IMG/VR virus record: IMGVR_UViG_3300025276_004419
Location: 32,001-96,000 of that record
Strand: one strand, 5' to 3'
DNA: 64,000 bases
Source of the DNA: a virus
The position numbers were made by a program, and so were the translations under genes. The number at the start of each line of letters is the position of its first letter. The stretch's first letter is position 1. The notes beneath the pieces were generated by a model that saw only the letters and a list, made by a program, of their open reading frames with translations, ran no database searches and had not been told where the DNA came from. Of the stretch, positions 55,012-63,957 are shown piece by piece.

Positions 55012-55413
55012 ATGCCTGGAAAAAGTATAGATGATCGAACGTTATGGAACGTAAACCCAGAAGATACAATTAAATATGGACTTCCGTCTACCGAAATTCT
55101 TAAAAGTGAGTATCCTCACATTTACTCTGGCTATATGGCTATCGTGGAAGAGCAGTTGGAGCTATTTAGCAAAAAGCACCTTGACTATGGTATGTCTAAT
55201 ATTAGTGCTGGTACTTTACTTGCTACTGAAGAAGAAAGGTCTTTTGCTCTCACAGGGCTATGGTATAGAATAAGTGATAAAATCAGTAGATGGAAAAATC
55301 TATTAATTACTAACCAAGTTGTCAATAATGAACCTTTAACGGACACATACCAGGATATTGTAAATTATGGTATTATAGCTCAATTAGTAGAGCGGGGTTT
55401 GTGGAAAAAGTAA
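55012..55413 (+). CDS. Nucleotide-modification-associated domain 1 (Nmad1/DUF1599-like)
   Basis: FSKKHLDYG, RISDKISR, DTYQDIVNYGI. Confidence 0.75.
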   Translation: MPGKSIDDRTLWNVNPEDTIKYGLPSTEILKSEYPHIYSGYMAIVEEQLELFSKKHLDYGMSNISAGTLLATEEERSFALTGLWYRISDKISRWKNLLITNQVVNNEPLTDTYQDIVNYGIIAQLVERGLWKK

Positions 55414-55416
55414 AAG

Positions 55417-56781
55417 ATGAAAAAATTAGTTTTATTTGATTTAGATGGAGTTATAGTTGATACTAAACAAGTCCACTTTGAAGCGCTAAACGACGCTATC
55501 TCTCAGGTAGATCCAAAATACACCATTACTGAAGCAGAACACGTTTCTCGCTATGATGGGTTAAAAACTTTAACTAAACTTAATATGTTAAGTGAGGAAA
55601 AAGGTTTACTCTATACAGATCACCAAGAAATCTATAAGTACAAGCAAGAACTAACAATAAAACATTTCTCTAAAATTCCTACTAGTGAAAGAATGAGAAA
55701 TATTTTTAAAACTCTTCGTGAAGATGGTTATCTAGTAGGTTGTTGTACTAATTGTATTCGTAGGACAGCCTTAGTAGCCCTTTCTAAAGTAGGTGTTATT
55801 GAATATTTAGATGTTATTATTACAAATGACGACGTCAAAAACCCAAAACCACACCCTGAAATTTATTGGAAAGCAATGTCTATGATGAGTTGTCTACCTG
55901 AAGAAACTTTAATTATTGAAGATTCCCCACAAGGTTTATTATCAGCAACTCGTAGTAAAGCAGACGTAATTAGGGTAGATAACTCATCTCACGTATCTTT
56001 AGATAAAATCTATAAACGACTAAAAACAAAGAAAAAGATTATGAACAAATGGCACGATGAAAAAATGAACGTATTGATCCCTATGGCTGGAGCAGGTTCT
56101 AGATTTGAAAAGGTAGGATATTCATTCCCAAAACCTTTAATTGATGTCAAAGGTAAACCAATGATTCATCTTGTAGCTGATATGTTAAATTTAGATGCTA
56201 ATTTTATTTATATAGTTCAAAAATCTCATAGGGAAAAATACCAACTCGATACTTTACTCAATTTAATTACGCCAAATTGTAAAATTGTAGAGGTTGATGG
56301 GTTAACAGAGGGAGCAGCATGTACTACTTTACTTGCTAAAGAACTTATTAATAATGATTCCCCATTAATACTATCCAATTCAGATCAGTTTATTGATTGG
56401 GATTCTACAGAGTTCATGTATAAAATGAATGAGAAAGATTTTGATGGTGGTATTATTTGTTTTCCTGCTACTCACCCAAAATGGTCATTTGCTAAAACCG
56501 ATGAAAATGGAATTATTAGTGAAGTAGCAGAAAAGAACCCAATTTCAGATCAAGCTACAGCAGGTATTTACTATTGGAAGCGTGGATCAGATTATGTTAA
56601 ATATACTGAACAAATGATTGAAAAAAATATTCGTGTAAATAATGAATTTTACGTTTGTCCTGTATATAATGAAGCAATTGAAGATGGTAAAATAATTTAT
56701 AACCACTCTATACCAGCAGAAAATATGTGGGGTTTAGGAACACCTGAAGATTTGACCTATTATCTTGAAAATTTCAAGTAA
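55417..56781 (+). CDS. HAD phosphatase fused to a BcbE-like nucleotidyltransferase (GT-A)
   Basis: N-terminal LFDLDGVIVD, KPHP, IIEDS; C-terminal NVLIPMAGAGSRF...PKPLI, GAACT, NSDQ, ATAGIYYW, NNEFYVCP, WGLGTPEDL. Confidence 0.85.
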   Translation: MKKLVLFDLDGVIVDTKQVHFEALNDAISQVDPKYTITEAEHVSRYDGLKTLTKLNMLSEEKGLLYTDHQEIYKYKQELTIKHFSKIPTSERMRNIFKTLREDGYLVGCCTNCIRRTALVALSKVGVIEYLDVIITNDDVKNPKPHPEIYWKAMSMMSCLPEETLIIEDSPQGLLSATRSKADVIRVDNSSHVSLDKIYKRLKTKKKIMNKWHDEKMNVLIPMAGAGSRFEKVGYSFPKPLIDVKGKPMIHLVADMLNLDANFIYIVQKSHREKYQLDTLLNLITPNCKIVEVDGLTEGAACTTLLAKELINNDSPLILSNSDQFIDWDSTEFMYKMNEKDFDGGIICFPATHPKWSFAKTDENGIISEVAEKNPISDQATAGIYYWKRGSDYVKYTEQMIEKNIRVNNEFYVCPVYNEAIEDGKIIYNHSIPAENMWGLGTPEDLTYYLENFK

Positions 56782-57546
56782 ATGAAAGTAGCTATTTGCA
56801 TTAGTGGTCAACCTCGTAATTATGAAAAAGGTTATCTTGAACTAAAAAAATGGTTTTTAGATAAATATGATTGTGATGTATACCTTCATACTTGGAAAGA
56901 TAATTCTCCTATGGAGGCAGGTCATAAATTTGCCCAAGAAAGACAATATGAGTTTACTGATGCAGATTATGATAATATTATAGAATTATATAATCCTAAA
57001 ACATGGCATTTCCAATCTCCAATCCCATTTGATACTACCGATATTAAAGGAGAGCATTTAAATTATAAATTAAATAGTTTATTAAGTGCTTCATATTCTA
57101 TCCATGCATGTTATAATTTAGTTAGAAAATGGGGGGTTGAATATGACTTAATTATTAGAACTAGATTTGACCTAGAATTTACAGATTATATCTCCCCAGA
57201 ATGTTTATTTTTAAAAGACCTTAGTTTATTAGACCCTAATAAATTAAATGTATTTGAATATCCATTAACAAATGGTGGTCATCAAACCAGACACTCAGAG
57301 GTAGATGATTTATTTGCCGTAAGTTCACCTAAAATCGCGGGTATTTACGCTGATTACTTTACATATGCTATATCCTACATTTATATGGATGATGCGTATA
57401 AATCCTGGTTAAATACAGTAATTTCAGAAAATCCAGACCCAATTCACCCTGAAAGTGTATTGAAGTACCATTTAATTTCTAATGGGGTAGAAATAAATTA
57501 CATTAAAAGTTTAACAGAACATTTTACAGCTAATCTACTAAGATGA
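56782..57546 (+). CDS. Putative glycosyltransferase-like protein, paralogue of 5074..5823
   Basis: MKVAICISGQPR...GYLELKKWFLDKYDCDVYLHTWKD; YDLIIRTRFDL; VDDLFAV. Confidence 0.5.
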   Translation: MKVAICISGQPRNYEKGYLELKKWFLDKYDCDVYLHTWKDNSPMEAGHKFAQERQYEFTDADYDNIIELYNPKTWHFQSPIPFDTTDIKGEHLNYKLNSLLSASYSIHACYNLVRKWGVEYDLIIRTRFDLEFTDYISPECLFLKDLSLLDPNKLNVFEYPLTNGGHQTRHSEVDDLFAVSSPKIAGIYADYFTYAISYIYMDDAYKSWLNTVISENPDPIHPESVLKYHLISNGVEINYIKSLTEHFTANLLR

Positions 57547-57983
57547 AATTAATATCACATAGAGGTAACCTTACAGGTCCTAACCCAGAACGAGAAAACA
57601 ACCCAGATTATATTTGGGAAGCTATACAAGCTGGATATGACGTAGAAATTGATGTTTGGTGGGTAGATGGTAAATTTAAATTAGGTCATGATGAACCTAA
57701 ATACCATTTCCCATTTAGTTTAATTGAAAGACATTATAGTAAACTTTGGATTCATTGTAAAAATATGGATGCTTTATCTCAATTAAATGAATTAGATAGC
57801 AGTGGTCTTAAAGTAAATTATTTTTCTCACGAAAATGACCTTGGAGTCCTAACCTCTCGTGGTTATATTTGGTCAACAAATGTATATAAACGAGGTATTT
57901 TAGTATTACCTGAATTTTTTGCTACTGACCCAACTGAAGATACATTAGGTATTTGTAGTGACTATATAAAAACTTATAAATAA
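57543..57983 (+). CDS. GDPD/PLC-like phosphodiesterase-fold protein
   Basis: ISHRGN, YDVEIDVW, LGHD, WIHCKN, ICSDY. Confidence 0.75.
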   Translation: MKLISHRGNLTGPNPERENNPDYIWEAIQAGYDVEIDVWWVDGKFKLGHDEPKYHFPFSLIERHYSKLWIHCKNMDALSQLNELDSSGLKVNYFSHENDLGVLTSRGYIWSTNVYKRGILVLPEFFATDPTEDTLGICSDYIKTYK

Positions 57984-58627
57984 TGGCAAACGGGATTTAC
58001 AAAATTACAGAAGATTTTGAAAAAGCACTAGCAGATTATACGGGTGCTAAGTACGCTATAACCTTAGATAATATGTCTAATGGTTTATTCCTTGCTCTAT
58101 ATTACGAGCATTATGTAAATAAAAGTATCAAAACCGATACTATTACTATCCCAAATAGAACATATCCTTCAGTTCCATGTGAAATTATCCATGCTGGTTT
58201 AAAAGTAGGATGGAATACCGTTAACGGGGAAACATTAACGGGAGCTTACCCGTTAGAGGGTTCTAATGTATGGGATTCTGCTTTAACATTTACAGCAGAT
58301 ATGTACAAACCTAAAACACATATGTGTGTTTCATTTACAGGTCCTTATAAACATTTTAAATTAAGCAAAGGTGGGGCGATTTTAACTGATGATTTAAAAG
58401 CATACCATTGGTTTAAACGCGCTCGTTACTCAGGTAGACGTGAATGTTCTTATCATGATGATAATTTAGATATGATAGGTTGGAACTTTTATATGATGCC
58501 TGAATTAGCGGCTCGTGGTTTATTACTTATGAACCAGTTTTATAATATGGATGGTAGTAAAAAACACCAAGAAGATTTAACATTACCTTACCCTGATTTA
58601 TCACAATTTAAAGTATATCAACAATGA
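57983..58627 (+). CDS. Short DegT/DnrJ-family PLP aminotransferase
   Basis: WDSA, VSFTGPYKH...GGAI, GWNFYM; only 214 aa. Confidence 0.75.
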   Translation: MANGIYKITEDFEKALADYTGAKYAITLDNMSNGLFLALYYEHYVNKSIKTDTITIPNRTYPSVPCEIIHAGLKVGWNTVNGETLTGAYPLEGSNVWDSALTFTADMYKPKTHMCVSFTGPYKHFKLSKGGAILTDDLKAYHWFKRARYSGRRECSYHDDNLDMIGWNFYMMPELAARGLLLMNQFYNMDGSKKHQEDLTLPYPDLSQFKVYQQ

Positions 58628-59211
58628 AACTAGCATTATTTGGATACGGAGGACATGCCCGTGAAGTAGCTTGTCAAATAGATCAAGAAATTACGTTTTT
58701 CGTAGATAATAAATACGCAAACGAAATAGCCAAACCTATATCAGAGTTTAACCCTGAAGAATATGTTATGATGGTTGCTGTAGCAGATTCTAAAGAAAGA
58801 GCTAAAATTGTACGCAAATTACCTAAAGAAACTAAATACTTTACATTCATCCACCCATCAGCCCTAATTTTAGATGATAATATCCAATTAGGTTTTGGTA
58901 GTTTTATTGGTGCTAATTCAGTTCTTACTACTAATATTAATTTGGGTAATCATACCCTCTTAAATCGAGGTAATCACGTTGGACATGATGTAAAAGCAGG
59001 TAACTTTTTTAGTATGATGCCTAATGCTGTTGTGGGAGGTAATGTAACTATGGGTGATAACGTTTACTTAGGAAGTTGTAGTAATATTAGAGAAAAAATT
59101 ACAATTACTTCTAACATTATAATAGGAATGAATGCTGCTGTTGTTAAAAACATTACTAAAAAAGGGGTATATGTTGGGGTACCTGCTAAAAAAATTAAAT
59201 GGAAGATTTAA
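58624..59211 (+). CDS. Sugar N/O-acetyltransferase (PglD/NeuD family, left-handed beta-helix)
   Basis: FGYGGHAREV, IHPSA, hexapeptide repeats, HVGHD, YVGVPAK. Confidence 0.9.
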   Translation: MKLALFGYGGHAREVACQIDQEITFFVDNKYANEIAKPISEFNPEEYVMMVAVADSKERAKIVRKLPKETKYFTFIHPSALILDDNIQLGFGSFIGANSVLTTNINLGNHTLLNRGNHVGHDVKAGNFFSMMPNAVVGGNVTMGDNVYLGSCSNIREKITITSNIIIGMNAAVVKNITKKGVYVGVPAKKIKWKI

Positions 59212-60209
59212 TTTTAATTTCGGCTTATTGCAATACTAAAGAAAAAGAAGAAATACTTCGTAATTTAGTAACTCAAATTAATACCCAATCTCAAAATTTG
59301 GATATAATGGTGGTATCTCATACACCTATACCTTTAGATATTCAAGATAAATGTAATTATTCATTTTACGATAGTAAAAATGAATTACTATACGATTGGG
59401 ATTTAAGAAGCAAACCATGGTTTGACCCAGGTAATGAACGACCTATTCTCTCATGCCTCACTGCTCACTATAATACCCATCTAGCTGTTTGGAGGTTAAT
59501 TATTTTAGGAAATTCAATAGCCTCTCATTTAAAATATAATAAAGTCCACCATATAGAATATGATAGTGATATTCAAGACTTCTCGGAAATATATGATAAT
59601 TCCAAACTCTTAGATACATACGATTGTGTTGTATATAATAAACAAGAATACACTGTAGATGATGTATTATTTGGTACATACCAGTCTTATAGATTAGACA
59701 CTCTACACCCAGAACTATTAAACTTAGATGAGGAAAATATTAAATCTCAAATAAAGAATTCCCCACATAGATCACCAGAGACAATGCTTAGGAATTTATT
59801 ATACCATACAAATAATTATTTAGTTAAACCTAAAAGTGTATTAGATGTAAATAATTTCTTTGGACTTAGTCATGTAGAAGAAGATAAAGGAACAGCATGG
59901 TGTTTACCTTATTATGACAAGTTAACTGATACTCTAGAATTTATTGTATGGAATATGGAAGGGTTATCTGATACAGACGTAACCCTTGTATATAATAAAA
60001 ATCAAACAATAGATTTGGGTACAACAAAACCCAAACTTTGGAAATCTTACTCATTAGGTAAATACGATGATGCGAGCACATTAATGGTATTATTAAATAA
60101 TAAAATAAGAGATATCTATAACTTTGATTCCTACAGAGAAGTATTTAAATTAAATAGTTATAGAGAAAGTAGTAAAAGAATAGTTACAGAGAAAGTAGTA
60201 AAAGAATAG
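59199..60209 (+). CDS. Hypothetical protein, possibly glycosyltransferase-like
   Basis: ILISAY, VVSHTP, HHIEYD; located in the sugar cluster. Confidence 0.5.
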   Translation: MEDLILISAYCNTKEKEEILRNLVTQINTQSQNLDIMVVSHTPIPLDIQDKCNYSFYDSKNELLYDWDLRSKPWFDPGNERPILSCLTAHYNTHLAVWRLIILGNSIASHLKYNKVHHIEYDSDIQDFSEIYDNSKLLDTYDCVVYNKQEYTVDDVLFGTYQSYRLDTLHPELLNLDEENIKSQIKNSPHRSPETMLRNLLYHTNNYLVKPKSVLDVNNFFGLSHVEEDKGTAWCLPYYDKLTDTLEFIVWNMEGLSDTDVTLVYNKNQTIDLGTTKPKLWKSYSLGKYDDASTLMVLLNNKIRDIYNFDSYREVFKLNSYRESSKRIVTEKVVKE

Positions 60210-60213
60210 TTAC
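60162..60213 (+). repeat. Exact 26-nt tandem duplication
   Basis: AGAGAAAGTAGTAAAAGAATAGTTAC x2 (60162-60187, 60188-60213). Confidence 0.9.
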
Positions 60214-60239
60214 ACCACAATAAATAAAATTTATATAAT

Positions 60240-61433
60240 ATGTTTAGCCCAGAAAACAAAATCCCATTATTTAAGGTATTCATGGCCGACACAGCTGCTG
60301 AAGAAGTCACTAAAATACTTAATAGTGGTTACATAGGTCAAGGTCCCAAAGTCGATGAATTTGAAAATAATTTACAAAATTACTTTGATCATGATTATAT
60401 ACAAACTGTAAACGCTGGTACATCAGCTTTACACTTAGCATTGCATCTGCTCAAAAAACCAGCAACACATAAACAAAACTTTGATGGTGTAGCTTTTTGG
60501 GATCAAAAATGGCCGGGTTTAGAACCTGGAGATGAAGTTTTAGCAACAGCTATGACTTGTACAGCTTCAAATTGGCCTGTATTAGCAAATGGTTTAAAAC
60601 TCAAATGGGTTGACATTGACCCAGATACATTAAACATGGATCTTGATGATTTAATGCGAAAAATCACACCTAAAACTAAAGTAATTATGTTAGTTCACTG
60701 GGGTGGGTATCCTAATGATTTAGATCGTATAAAAGAAATACAAGAAAGAGCATATCAAATGTATGGTTTTAGACCTGCAGTAATAGAAGACGGAGCACAT
60801 TCATTTGGTTCAGAGTATAAGGGTAAACGAATTGGAAATCATGGTAATTTAACTATGTTCTCACTTCAAGCTATTAAACATATTACATCAATTGATGGTG
60901 GTGTTTTGAGTTCACCCCATAAAGAACTTCACCAACGAGGTAAATTAATCCGTTGGTATGGTATTGATAGAGATGGTGATAGAAAAGATTTCCGTTGTGA
61001 GGCTGATATTGAAGAATGGGGTTATAAATTCCATATGAACGATGTTTGTGCTACTGTAGGTATTGAAAATCTAAAACATGCTGATGATATTATCTCTAAA
61101 CATAGAGAAAATGCTGCCTATTACGATAAGCATTTACAAAATATTGATAAAGTTACTTTATTAAAACGTGAAGAAGGATTTGACTCTGCATTTTGGATTT
61201 ATTCCTTAAAAGTAGAAGATAGAGCTAAATTCTATAAATACATGGATAAATGTGGTATTGCCGTATCTCAAGTTCACGAACGTAATGATAAGCATACTTG
61301 TGTTAGAGAATTCCAAACAAATCTCCCATCACTAGATGCTACAATGGATAAAATAGTATCAATCCCAGTTGGTTGGTGGTTAACACCTGAAGAGAGAGAA
61401 TATATTGTAGAGTGTATTAAAAAAGGATGGTAA
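60240..61433 (+). CDS. DegT/DnrJ/EryC1/StrS (perosamine synthase-like) aminotransferase
   Basis: NAGTSALHLAL, PGDEV, MLVHWGG, IEDGAHSFG, FSLQAIKHITSIDGG, GYKFHMND. Confidence 0.92.
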   Translation: MFSPENKIPLFKVFMADTAAEEVTKILNSGYIGQGPKVDEFENNLQNYFDHDYIQTVNAGTSALHLALHLLKKPATHKQNFDGVAFWDQKWPGLEPGDEVLATAMTCTASNWPVLANGLKLKWVDIDPDTLNMDLDDLMRKITPKTKVIMLVHWGGYPNDLDRIKEIQERAYQMYGFRPAVIEDGAHSFGSEYKGKRIGNHGNLTMFSLQAIKHITSIDGGVLSSPHKELHQRGKLIRWYGIDRDGDRKDFRCEADIEEWGYKFHMNDVCATVGIENLKHADDIISKHRENAAYYDKHLQNIDKVTLLKREEGFDSAFWIYSLKVEDRAKFYKYMDKCGIAVSQVHERNDKHTCVREFQTNLPSLDATMDKIVSIPVGWWLTPEEREYIVECIKKGW

Positions 61434-61843
61434 CATTAAGACTTTTAACTGAAAATGATTTATCTTTTTTACTAGAAGTAAGAAATGATGAATCAACACG
61501 TCAATTTTTAGAACATGATTCTAAATTTACTTTAAAAGAAGCTTTAAAATGGTTTAGGGATGGTCAACCCGAATGGTTTATTGTTGAAGTAAATCTAATA
61601 CCTGTAGGTTATATTAGAACTCTTGATAATGAGGTTGGATGTGATATCCACCCAGATTTTAGAAAAAAAGGATATGCTAAAATGGCTTACGAACTTTATT
61701 TACAAGATAAAGATTATGCTTCACTATGGGTATTTGAAGACAACTTTGCTGTAAAATTATATGAAAAACTAGGATTTACTCCTACAGGAAATTCTAGAAT
61801 AGTAAGAGATAGAAATTATATTAAAATGGAATATCATGGATAG
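61427..61843 (+). CDS. GNAT N-acetyltransferase (PseH-like)
   Basis: IHPDFRKKGYAK, N..AVKLYEKLGF. Confidence 0.85.
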   Translation: MVTLRLLTENDLSFLLEVRNDESTRQFLEHDSKFTLKEALKWFRDGQPEWFIVEVNLIPVGYIRTLDNEVGCDIHPDFRKKGYAKMAYELYLQDKDYASLWVFEDNFAVKLYEKLGFTPTGNSRIVRDRNYIKMEYHG

Positions 61844-62759
61844 TAAAATATGTTTAGTTAATACTTTCTGGTTAGGAGAAAGACGATTTGAATATAAAGA
61901 TTATCAAAAAGATAATCTATATTTTCTAAAAAAACAGATTGAATGTTTACAAACGTATAAACACAATCTCACAAAAATCATTTTTAATTTTAATGTAATC
62001 CCAGAACATTATAAGTATCTTTCTGAGGTTTATTCAATAACCCCAAAGCAAATACAAGGTGCTGAAGTTGAAATTAATATTAGAGAGAATGTAGGTATTA
62101 GTTATGGAGCTTGGTCTGATACTTTTAAAAAATATAAAAGTGAATATGATTATTATATTTTTAATGAAGATGATTACTTTTTCGTTCAACATGATTGGGA
62201 TGTTTATTTATTACACAAACATAATTCATATGATGATTGTGGGTACTTATGTATGGTTACAGCAGAACCCGATAAATGGAACAAATTTAAAAAACATGCT
62301 GGAAGTAGTATTGGGATAGCTTCAAGTGAAACTCTAATGAAAATTTATTCTAAATATGGGAAACTCCCAAGTTTAGATAAAAAATTAGAGGGAGCAGAAG
62401 GTCATTATCAAGGTTGGGGTGATATTCAACAGGATTTTGGATTTGTATTTTTAGAAATAGGTTTAAATATCTATGATGTTAGAGATGATTATGCCGTACT
62501 CTTCCAAAAATCAGCCCCGGCATTCGCAAATAGACCTGATATTGGGTGCTGGAAATACTTTCCCTGGAACAATCAATGTCTCAGTGTAGCTCCTTTTTAT
62601 TTTGATAACCCACCTTTTTGGATGTGTCATGATTTAGAATTTATTGAAAGTTATCCCCCCACCAGTTATAAAGAAGCTATGTATTCTTATGATAAAAAGC
62701 TCCCGTTTCACGAAAATGGAATAATGGGAGAAAAAAGAATGTATCCTTTGGATATCTAA
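61836..62759 (+). CDS. Putative GT-A glycosyltransferase-like protein
   Basis: RENVGISYGAW, YYIFNEDDY (DxD-like). Confidence 0.55.
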   Translation: MDSKICLVNTFWLGERRFEYKDYQKDNLYFLKKQIECLQTYKHNLTKIIFNFNVIPEHYKYLSEVYSITPKQIQGAEVEINIRENVGISYGAWSDTFKKYKSEYDYYIFNEDDYFFVQHDWDVYLLHKHNSYDDCGYLCMVTAEPDKWNKFKKHAGSSIGIASSETLMKIYSKYGKLPSLDKKLEGAEGHYQGWGDIQQDFGFVFLEIGLNIYDVRDDYAVLFQKSAPAFANRPDIGCWKYFPWNNQCLSVAPFYFDNPPFWMCHDLEFIESYPPTSYKEAMYSYDKKLPFHENGIMGEKRMYPLDI

Positions 62760-62776
62760 AATTTCTTTCGTATATT
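62747..62776 (+). promoter_or_regulatory. Host-type promoter TTTGG-N17-CGTATATT
   Basis: Exact bipartite motif upstream of 62784. Confidence 0.7.
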
Positions 62777-62783
62777 CACGTCT

Positions 62784-63731
62784 ATGGCTAATAAGAAAAA
62801 ATCACCCAAAATAGTTAGGGAAATTCAAAATAACCCACCTGAACCGGTGAATTTTTCTTTTGAGAAAAATATTTCATATTCCCAATTATCTATGTACACA
62901 CAATGTCCTAAAAAGTGGGCATTACAATATAGAGATGGATACAAAATAAGGGAACAAAGTATCCATATGACATTTGGAACAGCTCTCCATGAGACCCTCC
63001 AGATGTATTTAGATGTGATGTACAACAAAAGTGGTGCTGAAGCCGATAGAATAGATTTAGAAGCTGATTTTGAAACCAGATTAAGAGATTGTTACGCAGA
63101 TGCTTATAAACAAAATAAAAATGAGCATTTTGCTGATGCTCAAACACTTCGAGAGTTCTATTCCGATGGTGTTGAAATTATAAGATATTTAAAGCGAAAT
63201 AGAGGTAAATATTTCTCAAAACGTGGTTGGTCGTTAGTTGGATGTGAGGTACCAATTGTATTGGCGCCTAATCCGCATTTACCACGCGTTAAATACATGG
63301 GCTTCTTAGACGTCGTGTTATACCATGAAGGCACAGATAAGTTCGTTATAATCGATATAAAAACGTCTACACGCGGTTGGAATGATAAAGCTAAGAAAGA
63401 CAAATCAAAACAACATCAATTAGTGTTGTATAAAAAATTCTTTGCTCAACAATATAATGTTCCAATAGATAATATAGAAATTGAATTCTTTATTGTAAAG
63501 CGTAAACTATTTGAATCCCAAGATTTTGTAATTAAACGCATACAACAATTTAGACCACCCTCAGGTAAAACTTCAGTAAACCAAGCAACTAAATCCCTGA
63601 ATGAATTTATGGATAATTGTTTTACATCTGAAGGGTTTAATGAAAAGGATATGCCTGCTTTAACAAATAATAATTGTAAATGGTGCCCTTACCACAAAAC
63701 TCATTTATGTTCTGCAACTTTTGAAGGATAA
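62784..63731 (+). CDS. PD-(D/E)XK nuclease (RecB/Cas4-like exonuclease)
   Basis: SYSQLS...CP, FGTALH, GFLDVV, IIDIKT, QLVLYK, CKWCPY...C. Confidence 0.88.
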   Translation: MANKKKSPKIVREIQNNPPEPVNFSFEKNISYSQLSMYTQCPKKWALQYRDGYKIREQSIHMTFGTALHETLQMYLDVMYNKSGAEADRIDLEADFETRLRDCYADAYKQNKNEHFADAQTLREFYSDGVEIIRYLKRNRGKYFSKRGWSLVGCEVPIVLAPNPHLPRVKYMGFLDVVLYHEGTDKFVIIDIKTSTRGWNDKAKKDKSKQHQLVLYKKFFAQQYNVPIDNIEIEFFIVKRKLFESQDFVIKRIQQFRPPSGKTSVNQATKSLNEFMDNCFTSEGFNEKDMPALTNNNCKWCPYHKTHLCSATFEG

Positions 63732-63767
63732 TGATATACGTATATCAAATATAAATTAAACAACGTT

Positions 63768-63953
63768 ATGGCTAGTACAGACAAAACACTTACAAGTGTT
63801 AAAATTAAAAGCGATTTATTCAATGAATTTAAAATTGAATGTGTAAAGCGTAAGTTCTCATTCCAGAAACTTTCCGATCGCGCTATTCATTTGTATCTTA
63901 CAGATGAAGATTTTAGAAAACAAATCAATAATCACAACAACTTAGAACTTTAA
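63768..63953 (+). CDS. Small ribbon-helix-helix-like DNA-binding protein
   Basis: LTSVKI beta-strand followed by two helices; 61 aa. Confidence 0.55.
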   Translation: MASTDKTLTSVKIKSDLFNEFKIECVKRKFSFQKLSDRAIHLYLTDEDFRKQINNHNNLEL

Positions 63954-63957
63954 GTAA

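Noticed and set aside
3215-63403. Numerous short minus-strand and nested alternative-frame ORFs in the track
   Set aside because: All lie within well-supported + strand genes and show no recognisable motifs; expected by chance.
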